A DNA stretch of 64,000 nucleotides from an uncultured Gammaproteobacteria bacterium (lineage in GTDB: Bacteria; Patescibacteriota; Patescibacteriia; VMEV01; CAZAJQ01). A model generated the notes under the pieces. The model saw only the letters and a program-made list of their open reading frames with translations. It was not told the DNA's origin and did no database searches. The DNA lies in NCBI GenBank assembly GCA_964485795.1, contig CAZAJQ010000002.1, positions 65,043 through 129,042 on the forward strand. The letters run 5' to 3'. Both the position numbers and the translations under genes were made by a program. Positions 20,521 to 30,150 of the stretch are shown piece after piece (position 1 is the stretch's first letter; every line of letters begins with the position of its first letter).

Positions 20521-21372
20521 TCATACGTTATGATCAAGATGTTTTTTTTCCAGATACAGTATCATGCATTCCATCAATTCAACCGTCGTTTGCACGGCTG
20601 CGGCGTCCATACTGCGCAAAATGACGCGAAACCAGTCGGCGTCAAAATCCATATCGCGGATATTCGCACGAAACGAAACGATTTTTGACGCGCATTCCTC
20701 CCCCACCTCTTGCGTCAGTATTTCCACATCAAGCAAAGTCAAAGAGATATATCGTCCGAACGGATTTTCGGTCTTTATGGATATGCCAAAGAGAAAATCG
20801 TTCAAAAAATATATACGTTTTCCGACCGGAAATTTCAATCCATCTTCGGTCACTTCCGAGATTCCCATGCTCGCTCCCAAATCAAGCAATTTCCGAGAAA
20901 TATCGGCGGGCAATGATCGAAATCCGAAAATAAGCTTGAGCGTCAACGCCACAAGACTTGCAAAAATCATTCCCCAAAAAAGTACTGCAAATTCCGAGGA
21001 AAATATCCGTTCCTCATACGTCCTATACCGATATACATTGGATGCGAGACCAAAGGCAACATAGAATATCACCGGAATAATATACAGAAAATATTGAAAA
21101 AAATAAATGTCCCTGTTTCGCTTGCTATTGATGAAAAGATCCGGACGAAACTTCGAAAGAAGCGCTTGAAATTGAATATCAAGCATTGTCCCGAGTTTTT
21201 TTGACAGCAACACATATCCTGCGAGTGCGGGGATAAAAACGATAAAGGAGAGCGCAAACCAAAGCGCGTAAAGCTGCGGGATCGTCAGTCCAAAAACAAA
21301 AAAAAGGAATTCCAATCCTATGCTCCAAAAACAAACGGCGGTCACTATTTTTTTGAATTTCTTTTTATCCAT
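20521..21372 (-). CDS. Hypothetical polytopic membrane protein
   Basis: Several hydrophobic helices (FWSIGLEFLFFVFGL..., YFLYIIPVIFYVAFGL..., VLFWGMIFASLVALTL) and a soluble C-terminal region. Start moved to an internal Met to avoid a large overlap with murC. Confidence 0.45.
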   Translation of the reverse strand: MDKKKFKKIVTAVCFWSIGLEFLFFVFGLTIPQLYALWFALSFIVFIPALAGYVLLSKKLGTMLDIQFQALLSKFRPDLFINSKRNRDIYFFQYFLYIIPVIFYVAFGLASNVYRYRTYEERIFSSEFAVLFWGMIFASLVALTLKLIFGFRSLPADISRKLLDLGASMGISEVTEDGLKFPVGKRIYFLNDFLFGISIKTENPFGRYISLTLLDVEILTQEVGEECASKIVSFRANIRDMDFDADWFRVILRSMDAAAVQTTVELMECMILYLEKKHLDHNV

Positions 21373-21385
21373 ACGCTGTAAAATG

Positions 21386-22783
21386 TCAGCATGTTCGAAC
21401 GACATTTTCCGCCTCGCGGTAAATGTCTCCGGCTCCCAAAAACAGCAACACGCTTTTTTCGTCTGCAAATGGGCTTACCAAATCCCGAATATTCGAAAGG
21501 TTTTCCGCGAATTGAACGGATCTTTTTTTGCGTTTTTCTTTATCCCGCGCTCGAATCGCCGAAACCAAATCTTTGGAACTGATGTCCGCATTCGTAAGAT
21601 CATCCCTGCCGATGACGTGAAATATTTCACTCATTATCACGGCATCAGCGTCGTCAAATGACGAGACGAACTCTAAAAACAATTCTTTCGTGCGATGATG
21701 ATGATGCGGCTGAAAAATCGCGATAACTTTTTTTTCGGGGTAAAACTCCTTTGCTCCCGCCAAAACCGAACGCAAGGCCGACGGATGATGAGCATAATCG
21801 GAAATCACCGATGCTCCGCGATATTGCCCGAGGAGCTCAAAACGTCTCCACGTGCTTTGAAAACGCATCAGCGTTTTCGCGATCGCATCGGACTCCACGC
21901 CCAGCTCCAAGGCCATGAGGCTTGCCGCTGCGGCATTGGCGATATTGTAATCGCCGGGAAACCGCATCGATGTTTGAATTGTTTCCTCATGCTTCCATGT
22001 CAAATCAAAACACATCTTTCCCGCGCGAACGATTCCTTTTGACGCTTTCAAATCCGCTGACGCAAGAAATCCGAACGTCTTGGTTTTCAACTCGGATTTT
22101 TCGATGCGATCTTTGAGGATCGGATCGTCGGCATTGATGACGGCAAATCCCCGATGTCGAATCTTGTCCAAAAATTGCTGAAACGATGCGATTTCATTGT
22201 CAAACGTCTGAAAATAATCCATGTGATCCGGCTCTATATTGGTGATGATTTCGTACGTGGGATGCAAAAGAAGAAAATGATCTCGAAATTCGCAGGCTTC
22301 CACCACGAGGAATTCGCCTTTCCCGCCGCGAAAATTGCTTTTCCACTCCTTCACGATGCTGCCGACAATCACCGTCGGATCCAGCCCGGCCGCCTCAAGC
22401 ATCAGCCCCAGCATGGCCGTCGTAGTCGTTTTCCCCTTGTTTCCGGCTATGGCAATAGTGGTATAGAGTTTTGACAGCTCCCCCAGACAAGCGTTGTAGC
22501 TCATCTGACGGATACCTCGCGCAGTCGCCATCGTTCGTTCGGGATTACCTTCCGGAACCGCCGAGCTGTACACGATCAAATCAACGCTATCGTCGAGATG
22601 CTTTGCATCATGTCCGATGAACATTTCAACACCTTTTTTTTTCAAATCATCCGTTATAAATGATGCGTTTTGATCCGATCCCGATACCGTGATGCCGCGC
22701 GAATGAAACCATTTTGCAAGGGCTGAAATACCGATGCCTCCGATACCGATGCAATGTATTTTTCGGAATTTTTCAAATTTCAT
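21386..22783 (-). CDS. murC: UDP-N-acetylmuramate--L-alanine ligase
   Basis: MKFEKFRKIHCIGIGGIGISALAKW... Mur ligase N-terminal, central and C-terminal domains (GNKGKTTTTAM). Confidence 0.9.
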   Translation of the reverse strand: MKFEKFRKIHCIGIGGIGISALAKWFHSRGITVSGSDQNASFITDDLKKKGVEMFIGHDAKHLDDSVDLIVYSSAVPEGNPERTMATARGIRQMSYNACLGELSKLYTTIAIAGNKGKTTTTAMLGLMLEAAGLDPTVIVGSIVKEWKSNFRGGKGEFLVVEACEFRDHFLLLHPTYEIITNIEPDHMDYFQTFDNEIASFQQFLDKIRHRGFAVINADDPILKDRIEKSELKTKTFGFLASADLKASKGIVRAGKMCFDLTWKHEETIQTSMRFPGDYNIANAAAASLMALELGVESDAIAKTLMRFQSTWRRFELLGQYRGASVISDYAHHPSALRSVLAGAKEFYPEKKVIAIFQPHHHHRTKELFLEFVSSFDDADAVIMSEIFHVIGRDDLTNADISSKDLVSAIRARDKEKRKKRSVQFAENLSNIRDLVSPFADEKSVLLFLGAGDIYREAENVVRTC

Positions 22784-23862
22784 ACATTTTTTGATTTCGC
22801 GAGTGTTATGATGATGTCCGAAATCCTTTCATTCGCGCCTTTCATCATGATAGCGCCGATATTATTTTGCAATGAACTTTTTTTATTGTCATTGTCAAAG
22901 AGCTCCATAAGCATGTTTGAAAAAAAATTCGGATCAAAACTCGCTTCGTCATATGTAAGCGCCGCCTTTTTTTCTTCAAAGTATCGGGCGTTTTCTTCTT
23001 GATGCGAGCGAGGAAGCGGGATAAGGAGGGAAACTTTTTTCAAAAAACACAACTCGGTCAATGTGGACATTCCGGCGCGAGACACCACGATGTCGGCGCA
23101 TGACAAGATATCCGCCATCGCATCCGTGGCGAAGTGCATCGCATGGTAGCGATCCCTGCCCTTCGCGATACGCGGCAATTTCACATCTTTTTTCTCCCCG
23201 AGAAGATGGATCACCTGAAATCGCTTCAGAAGAATCGGCAATGACGTCGTGATTTTTTCATTGAGATGCAAGGCGCCGCTCCCTCCGCCGGTAATGAGCA
23301 ACACGGGGAAATCATGGGTCAATCCGAACGATTGATACGCTTTCTCCTTGCTTCCGCTCAATATCTCCGGACGCACGAGATTTCCGGTCAATTCGGTTTT
23401 TTCTTTTTGAAACGATTGGAGGGTGATCTCAAACGTAACCGTGATTTTTGTCGCCATGCGGCTGCAAATGCGGTTTGCCAGTCCCACTTTCACGTCCTGC
23501 TGATGCATGAGACAAGGAATTTTCAGCCGTTGTGCGGCGATAAAAACCGGTACGGCGACAAATCCCCCGACTGATACGATCACATCCGGCCGATAGGTTT
23601 TCAACGTTACATACGACTGACAGATGCCCAAGAGCACCTTCCATGGATCCACGAGATTCCAAAGAGAAAAGTACCTTCGCCATTTTCCCGAAAAAATCTT
23701 TTTTTGATCGATGCCATAATCCGCTGCAAGTTTTTTCTCCATCGATGAACCGGATCCTATCAATAAAAAATCACACGGCGTCTTTTTTTCAAGCGACTTT
23801 TTCAAGGCAAAAAGCGGCATCAACGCTCCGCCGGTGGACCCCCCGCAAAAAACGATTTTCAT
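22780..23862 (-). CDS. murG: Undecaprenyldiphospho-muramoylpentapeptide beta-N-acetylglucosaminyltransferase
   Basis: MKIVFCGGSTGGALMPLFAL... GT28 N- and C-terminal domains. ATGA overlap with murC. Confidence 0.9.
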   Translation of the reverse strand: MKIVFCGGSTGGALMPLFALKKSLEKKTPCDFLLIGSGSSMEKKLAADYGIDQKKIFSGKWRRYFSLWNLVDPWKVLLGICQSYVTLKTYRPDVIVSVGGFVAVPVFIAAQRLKIPCLMHQQDVKVGLANRICSRMATKITVTFEITLQSFQKEKTELTGNLVRPEILSGSKEKAYQSFGLTHDFPVLLITGGGSGALHLNEKITTSLPILLKRFQVIHLLGEKKDVKLPRIAKGRDRYHAMHFATDAMADILSCADIVVSRAGMSTLTELCFLKKVSLLIPLPRSHQEENARYFEEKKAALTYDEASFDPNFFSNMLMELFDNDNKKSSLQNNIGAIMMKGANERISDIIITLAKSKNV

Positions 23863-23971
23863 AACTTTCTATGTATTACAAAGTTTCCCCTGCGATCTGA
23901 ATGCTCATTTCAAATTCATGAGAATCAAAACCCTCGATTGATGACTCGCTTGTCAAAAATATCATCATCAT

Positions 23972-25075
23972 TCAAGCTGAAACATATCTTTTTTTCTTCA
24001 TGGACTGCTCCACGGTTTGCTTGGAAATATTGATCAAAATGCCCACCGCTATGAGCAATATCACCAATGACGAGGAACCATAGCTGATGAAAGGCAAAGT
24101 CAAGCCTGTCAAGGGAAGTAATCCTACCATGGCGGCAATGTTGATAAAAGCCTGCAATGAAATCCACGATACGATTCCGGCCGACAAAAGCATGGAAAAC
24201 CGATCCGGAGCGTATCGAGCAATAAAAAAACCGCGATAGGCCAATAGTCCGAACAAAATGACAAGAAACGAAATGAATACAAATCCCAATTCCTCGGCCA
24301 TCACCGCGAAAATCGAATCTCCGATCACTTCCGGCAAATACAGATGTTTTTGCCTTGAATGTCCGAATCCGACTCCAAAGAGTCCGCCGGATCCGATGGC
24401 GAGCAAGGCCTGATTGATATGATAGCCAGCGCCTCCGGGATCAAGATCGGGATTGAGAAAAACTTTGAACCGCGCCGCTCGGTACGGTGCGATGCGGATG
24501 AGCAGGGCAAGAAACGCCATACCCGCCATACCAAGGCCCAAAAGATACTTCACGGATGCCCCGCCGATAAAGTATACGACGAGACTGATCATGACAATGA
24601 TGGACATGGTGCCGATATCCGGCTGCATGGCGATAAGGAAAATAACGAGAAGCAACGCGCTTACGAAAGGTATGAATCCGCTTTGAAAATCCTTGACCTT
24701 GCGCTCTCCTCTTTTTTCCAGCCATGCCGCCAAATACATGAGAAAGGTAAGCTTCAAAAGTTCGGACGGTTGAAATGCGATGCCGAAAAAATTCACCCAG
24801 CTTCGCGCTCCTCCCAGCTTTATTCCGATTCCCGGAATGAAAACCAGTATCAGGAGCGCCATCGTGAAAAGCAACAAGAGAAAAGCGTATTTTTTCCACA
24901 CTCGATAATCGATGCGTGAAACGATAAAAAGAAAAACCAGCCCCGGCAATACGCCGTACAAAAGCTGATGTTTGATGTAATAATAACTGTCTCCGAATTT
25001 ATGAAACGCTACGGCCGTGCTCACCGATGAAAGCATGAACAACCCAAAAAAAAGGATGCTCGCAAAAATCCCCAC
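23972..25075 (-). CDS. ftsW: SEDS-family peptidoglycan glycosyltransferase (FtsW/RodA)
   Basis: 10-TM SEDS protein. Position between murD and murG suggests FtsW. Confidence 0.8.
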   Translation of the reverse strand: MGIFASILFFGLFMLSSVSTAVAFHKFGDSYYYIKHQLLYGVLPGLVFLFIVSRIDYRVWKKYAFLLLLFTMALLILVFIPGIGIKLGGARSWVNFFGIAFQPSELLKLTFLMYLAAWLEKRGERKVKDFQSGFIPFVSALLLVIFLIAMQPDIGTMSIIVMISLVVYFIGGASVKYLLGLGMAGMAFLALLIRIAPYRAARFKVFLNPDLDPGGAGYHINQALLAIGSGGLFGVGFGHSRQKHLYLPEVIGDSIFAVMAEELGFVFISFLVILFGLLAYRGFFIARYAPDRFSMLLSAGIVSWISLQAFINIAAMVGLLPLTGLTLPFISYGSSSLVILLIAVGILINISKQTVEQSMKKKRYVSA

Positions 25076-25148
25076 AAACCAATAATCCGCTTTGTGATAC
25101 GCGATGTTTTTCAGAAACGATGTCTCAAAAAAGAAATTTTGAGTTCCT

Positions 25149-26567
25149 TCACTTCTCGTCCGAGCCAGTTATTTTTTTCACCTCCTCGATGAATTGCATC
25201 CCGCGCGTGAACTCATCGTAAAAAGGAAGCCAGCTCACTCCCGGAGACAAGAGCACGATATCGCCGCTTGTCGCCCCTTGATGCGCAAGTGCAACCGCCT
25301 CCTTCATATCCGAGACTTTTTGACCAAACGCCGGGAAACTTTCGGAAGCTTTGCCGGGAAGCAGTATCAATTTTTTCACGCGATCCGCGATTTTTCCGTT
25401 CATCTCTGAAAGATCCAGCCCCTTGGCGTTGTTTCCTCCGGCGATGAGAATAATCGGGTTGTCCGGAAAGGTATCCAATGCGGCGACGGTGGCGTACGGC
25501 GTGGTGGACGTCGTGTCATTGTAATACCGAACCCCGTTTTGATCGGCGATCAATTCAAGACGATGCGGAACTCCCGTAAATCCGTAGACCGCGTTTCGTA
25601 TCTTGGCATCGGAAATATCCGCAAGCTTTGCCGCGCATACCGCGAGCATGACATTGCCAACATTGTGTTTGCCCAAAAGTCGGATTTTGGAAATGTCTAT
25701 CAAAGATTCATCGTTTTGACCGTCTGAAAAATGGATATGACCGTTCATTTCATAACAGCCCATCTTTTTTGATCCGAGGCTGCCCTTGTGCGTGCAATAA
25801 TACACTTGAGCCGGCGCGTCTTTTGACATGGCAAGGGCTTCTTCATTGTCCAACGTGGTGACGAGAAAGTCATTTCGACCCTGATACAGCATAATATTTC
25901 GCTTGGCGTCTTTGTAGGCCTGGAAACTCCCGTGTTTTTCCAGATGGTCGGGCATGAGATTGGTAAGCACCGCAATATGGGGAGCGGGCGTGGATGCGTC
26001 GAAATTTTCCAGCATGAAGCTGGAAAGTTCCAGCACGACCGGAGTATGTGGCGACACTTCATCAAAATGCGCCAGCGGCGATACGGTCACATTTCCGCCC
26101 AGTATCGCGTCCGGATATTGCGAGGCGATTATTTTGTGAATCAAAGTCGTGGTCGTGGTTTTCCCGCGCGTGCCGGTAACGGCAACGATGTTTTTGCTCG
26201 GGGTATTTTTCAAAAAAAGCGTAATGTCATTTTCGACGGAAATATGATTTTTTTTTGCATGTGCGATATAGACGCTCTTCATCGGCACATCGGGATTTCT
26301 CACGATCATGTCCGCATCTTCAAAGTCCGAGAGTTCATGTTTTCCGAGGACAAAGCGAACGCGATCGTCGCGTATCGAGTGCTTGCGCATGAAATCGCGC
26401 AATGAAGCGAGCGGAGCCGCGAGGGCGATCTCGTCCAAAAGATCGGTGACGGTCACTACGGCACCGTGAAGCAATAAAAACTTCGCGGCCGATATGCCGC
26501 TTCCCTGGCCATACCTTCCCAGTCCCATAACCGTGATAATTTTATTCAAAAAAAGATTGCGTTTCAT
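25149..26567 (-). CDS. murD: UDP-N-acetylmuramoylalanine--D-glutamate ligase
   Basis: ...VMGLGRYGQGSGISAAKFLL... and the GTRGKTTTT P-loop, in the mur cluster context. Confidence 0.9.
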   Translation of the reverse strand: MKRNLFLNKIITVMGLGRYGQGSGISAAKFLLLHGAVVTVTDLLDEIALAAPLASLRDFMRKHSIRDDRVRFVLGKHELSDFEDADMIVRNPDVPMKSVYIAHAKKNHISVENDITLFLKNTPSKNIVAVTGTRGKTTTTTLIHKIIASQYPDAILGGNVTVSPLAHFDEVSPHTPVVLELSSFMLENFDASTPAPHIAVLTNLMPDHLEKHGSFQAYKDAKRNIMLYQGRNDFLVTTLDNEEALAMSKDAPAQVYYCTHKGSLGSKKMGCYEMNGHIHFSDGQNDESLIDISKIRLLGKHNVGNVMLAVCAAKLADISDAKIRNAVYGFTGVPHRLELIADQNGVRYYNDTTSTTPYATVAALDTFPDNPIILIAGGNNAKGLDLSEMNGKIADRVKKLILLPGKASESFPAFGQKVSDMKEAVALAHQGATSGDIVLLSPGVSWLPFYDEFTRGMQFIEEVKKITGSDEK

Positions 26568-26679
26568 ATTTTTCTCTTTTTCGATGCTTTGGATTCTCGA
26601 CTATGAATCTTCGTTTTTTAAAAAAAATGATACGCTCTTTGCTCCGCGATAGAGCTTCAGCGCATTCCGATAGTTCGCA

Positions 26680-27438
26680 TCACCATGTCTTCATTCCGGC
26701 TATCGTCAAAAGTCTTTTTCCAAGAACCTCTCCTTTCTGCCGATAATACGAAGGAAGATGTTTTGATGAACACGAGGTGCAGATCGGAGAAATTTCGATC
26801 TTTTTCACTCCAAAATCCTTGAGCACCGCTTCGTTTGCGGCTCGGATGTCCAGTACCCGTTTTCCGCCGGTTTCAAACGCCGCTTTTTTTCCGAACATGT
26901 TTAAAAAATTCTCATACCTGCTGTCTTTCGCCATTGCAACGTCATAGCAACAGGAACCGATGGACGGACCCAAATATGCGATCAGCTCGCAAGGATCGAT
27001 TTTCCATCTTCTCACCATCATTTGCAAAGCGTTTCCGGTAATATTTTGCAATGTCCCCTTCCATCCGGCATGGATATTGGCAATCACGTCGTTTTCCGGG
27101 TCGTAGAGAACGACGGGAACGCAATCGAGTGTCTTGATGACGAGGTATATCCCGTGTTTATCCGTCAGCATTCCATCCGTATTTTCGACTCGGCCAAAAT
27201 TTTCCTGCAATCCCCTTCCCCGATCATCATGGGAAACTTCCCTGACATTCCCCGAATGCGTCTGATCGCAAGCGACGCAATCTTCATAGGAAAGGTTCGA
27301 TTCGGAAAGCAGGTTTTCAAATTCCTGCGATCGAATATCCGAAAGATTTTGTCGAGTCGAACTTTCAAATGTCAGCACCATGACCCGCGGGTATCGTGAT
27401 AATGATTCGGAATAATAACCCTTTACCGATTCGCTCAT
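26680..27438 (-). CDS. pgeF: YfiH/PgeF-family (DUF152, Cu-oxidase_4) peptidoglycan editing factor / purine nucleoside phosphorylase-like
   Basis: ...HSGNV...LTDKHGIYLVIKTLDCVPVVLYD...NIHAGWKGT...CTSC... match YfiH-family motifs. Start set to the internal Met (MSESVK) abutting the mraY stop. Confidence 0.7.
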   Translation of the reverse strand: MSESVKGYYSESLSRYPRVMVLTFESSTRQNLSDIRSQEFENLLSESNLSYEDCVACDQTHSGNVREVSHDDRGRGLQENFGRVENTDGMLTDKHGIYLVIKTLDCVPVVLYDPENDVIANIHAGWKGTLQNITGNALQMMVRRWKIDPCELIAYLGPSIGSCCYDVAMAKDSRYENFLNMFGKKAAFETGGKRVLDIRAANEAVLKDFGVKKIEISPICTSCSSKHLPSYYRQKGEVLGKRLLTIAGMKTW

Positions 27439-28514
27439 ACGGATAAAAACATGGAATGATCCAAGAGAAACAGAGAAAGTCCGAGCACGGCCGCCATAAA
27501 TCCGATCACCCAAAAACGCATGGTGATTTTGTGCTTTGGCCAACCGAGGGCTTCAAAATGATGATGAATCGGTGCGGAGAGAAACACTTTTTTTCCGAAC
27601 AATTTTTTTGACGTCAGCTGAATGGCCACGCTTGCCGCCTCAAGAAAAATAAGAAATCCGATGACGAGCAGAAGTATCACCGAGTCCGTGATAAAGGCGA
27701 TCACCGCTATCGTCGTGGTCAATCCCAAGCTTCCGGTTTCACCCATATAAAATCGTGCGGGAGGGATATTGAACCACAAAAATCCCAGAAGCGCTCCGAC
27801 GATCACCGCGCAAAGTACGGCCAGATCATATTGCCCGCGCACAAAAGCCATCGCCGCAAACGTCGCAAATATCGTCGAGAAACTTCCGCCCGCAAGGCCG
27901 TCCAGCCCGTCGATGACACCGCCGGAAAAAACCGCCAGCATCATAAAAATGAAAAAAGGCGCATACCAGATTCCAAGCGAAATATCTCCCCAAAATGGCA
28001 CATGGAGCGTATGCCATCCCAATTTTTGATAAAACCAATACGCTCCCACCATCCCGATAAGCAACACCACAAAAGCTCGTATGCGAAAACTCAAGCCGGC
28101 TCCTTTTTTCACGGGGCCGATGCCGAGGATGACAAGGATATCGTCAATCAATCCGAGAAGCGACGCCGAAATAAGCGTGAAAAATGGAATCCATGTTTGC
28201 TCGCGGCTCAAAAAATTCAGCCGATCCCACAAGGGGCTCGGAAGAATCCATGAAAGTAAAAAAACCCCACCTGTCAAAATCAAAGTCGTCCCCCATACGA
28301 GGATACCGCCCATGCGTGGCGTGCTCACTTCGGCAGTCCCGTGCAATTTGGTGAAAATCGGAGTCGCCGAACCGTCCGGAGCCTCGGTACGCGCCTTTTT
28401 TTTCCAGCATTGATATTTATAAAGGTAATGCGTCAAAAGCGGAGCGCATACTATGGAAATGGCGAATGCTACGGATGAAAAAACAAACATGCGAATGGCA
28501 AAAAAGGTATCCAT
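27435..28514 (-). CDS. mraY: Phospho-N-acetylmuramoyl-pentapeptide transferase
   Basis: 10-TM protein with MraY-family motifs (DDxxD-like LIDDILVILG, HHHFE). Confidence 0.95.
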   Translation of the reverse strand: MDTFFAIRMFVFSSVAFAISIVCAPLLTHYLYKYQCWKKKARTEAPDGSATPIFTKLHGTAEVSTPRMGGILVWGTTLILTGGVFLLSWILPSPLWDRLNFLSREQTWIPFFTLISASLLGLIDDILVILGIGPVKKGAGLSFRIRAFVVLLIGMVGAYWFYQKLGWHTLHVPFWGDISLGIWYAPFFIFMMLAVFSGGVIDGLDGLAGGSFSTIFATFAAMAFVRGQYDLAVLCAVIVGALLGFLWFNIPPARFYMGETGSLGLTTTIAVIAFITDSVILLLVIGFLIFLEAASVAIQLTSKKLFGKKVFLSAPIHHHFEALGWPKHKITMRFWVIGFMAAVLGLSLFLLDHSMFLSV

Positions 28515-28519
28515 AAAAA

Positions 28520-28873
28520 TTATACATTGAGAAGGAGACTAAAGATGCCGGCTATAATCAGGATGATTTGGCAAATCATCGACGCAAAGACAAAAAAGTA
28601 CGTCAATAGCATATTCTTTCGAAAAAACAGCAATGCCATCACGGTATTGATCAAAAAAATGACGCTTCCCAAAGCCGGAATCACGTAGATGTAATACCAG
28701 TAATGCTGAAAATCAATATTGAAATAGATGTTGTAATGAAGAGGAATGGGATTTTCGGAAACCACGACTCGGCTCGATATGAAAAAATACAAAACCGCAT
28801 TTCCGATCAAAGCCATCAGTACCCCAAACAAAAGAGGCTTGGTGAAAAAAAAATCTTTGAACAATGATTTCAT
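28520..28873 (-). CDS. Hypothetical small membrane protein (117 aa)
   Basis: Three to four hydrophobic helices. Tightly packed between mraY and the cysteine desulfurase gene. Confidence 0.4.
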   Translation of the reverse strand: MKSLFKDFFFTKPLLFGVLMALIGNAVLYFFISSRVVVSENPIPLHYNIYFNIDFQHYWYYIYVIPALGSVIFLINTVMALLFFRKNMLLTYFFVFASMICQIILIIAGIFSLLLNV

Positions 28874-30069
28874 ATTTTTTTCATTCGCAATTCACGCACT
28901 TTTTTTTCAATCACGGAGATGCAGCGATTCACTTCCTGCAGCGTATTGTATTTTCCAAACGTGAATCGCAAAGAAGATGCGGCAATCTCGGCATCGGCTT
29001 TGATGGCCGTAAAAACGTGCGATACGGACAGTGAACCTGAGGCGCACGCCGATCCATGTGATGCGGATATTCCCTCATGATCAAGGGAAAGAAGCAAGGC
29101 TTCGGCGGTTATTCCCCTGAAACTCACATTGACGTTGCTTGGAACGCGATGCTTGAGACTGCCATTGATCACCGTTTCGGGAATGGTTTTTAATCCTGAA
29201 AGGAAGGCCTTTTGCAAACATATCATTTTTTCACGCCCATGTTCTTTTTCGTCCTTTTGCATCTCAACGGCTTTTCCCATTCCGACGATAAGGGGTGTGT
29301 TCTGCGTACCGGGTACAATGCCCCTTTCCTGCGAACCACCAAAGCATATGGGATCTACTTTCACACCTCGTCTGATGAAAAGCGCGCCGATGCCCTTTGG
29401 CCCGTAGATTTTGTGACCGCTGCATGAAAGCAGATCCACCGCCAATGCGTTCACATCGCATGGCAGCCATGCGATAGCCTGCGTGGCATCCGTATGAAAT
29501 ATGATCGGAATATCCCCGCCTTTCAAACGCTCTTTATTGAGATCTCCTATCGCCTTTCCTATCTCCGCAATCGGCTGAATGGTCCCGAGTTCATGGTTCA
29601 CATACATGACGGACACCAAAAAAGTTTGGGGTGAGATGTGCTTTACAAGCTCCGAAACGTCCACATGGCCGTCTTTTCGAACGCCGACAAAGGATACTTC
29701 AAACCCGTTTCGCTCCAGCGCAATGCATGTCTCAAATACCGAAGGATGCTCGATGGCGGTCGTCACGATATGAAGCTTCCCGTTTCCGTATTTTCTCCTT
29801 GCGAAACCCGCCGCTCCCTGCAAGGCGATATTATTGCTTTCCGTAGCGCCGCCCGTAAAAAAAATCTCACCGTAATGACATCCAAAAAAATTCGCTACCC
29901 TATCGCGACTCTTGTCAATCGCCGCAATGGCGGCCTGTCCATGGGCGTGAACGCTGCCGGGATTCCCGTAGTGGGTCAAAAAATACGGTCTCATGCTTTC
30001 CCATACGTCGCTGTCCAGCGCGGTACTGGCGGCATTGTCAAAATATATAGGGTGCTTTTGATATTTCAT
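28870..30069 (-). CDS. Cysteine desulfurase (NifS/IscS-like, class V aminotransferase)
   Basis: MKYQKHPIYFDNAASTALDSDVWESMRPYF...GNPGSVHAHGQ...SGHKIYGPKGIG...CASG. PLP-lysine and catalytic Cys-loop motifs. Confidence 0.85.
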   Translation of the reverse strand: MKYQKHPIYFDNAASTALDSDVWESMRPYFLTHYGNPGSVHAHGQAAIAAIDKSRDRVANFFGCHYGEIFFTGGATESNNIALQGAAGFARRKYGNGKLHIVTTAIEHPSVFETCIALERNGFEVSFVGVRKDGHVDVSELVKHISPQTFLVSVMYVNHELGTIQPIAEIGKAIGDLNKERLKGGDIPIIFHTDATQAIAWLPCDVNALAVDLLSCSGHKIYGPKGIGALFIRRGVKVDPICFGGSQERGIVPGTQNTPLIVGMGKAVEMQKDEKEHGREKMICLQKAFLSGLKTIPETVINGSLKHRVPSNVNVSFRGITAEALLLSLDHEGISASHGSACASGSLSVSHVFTAIKADAEIAASSLRFTFGKYNTLQEVNRCISVIEKKVRELRMKKI

Positions 30070-30150
30070 AACGCCGCACCGTATCATGAAAAATTACAAA
30101 AAACAAGGCTTTTCCTTTGTTTATTATTATAGCATACTGACCCGACCGGC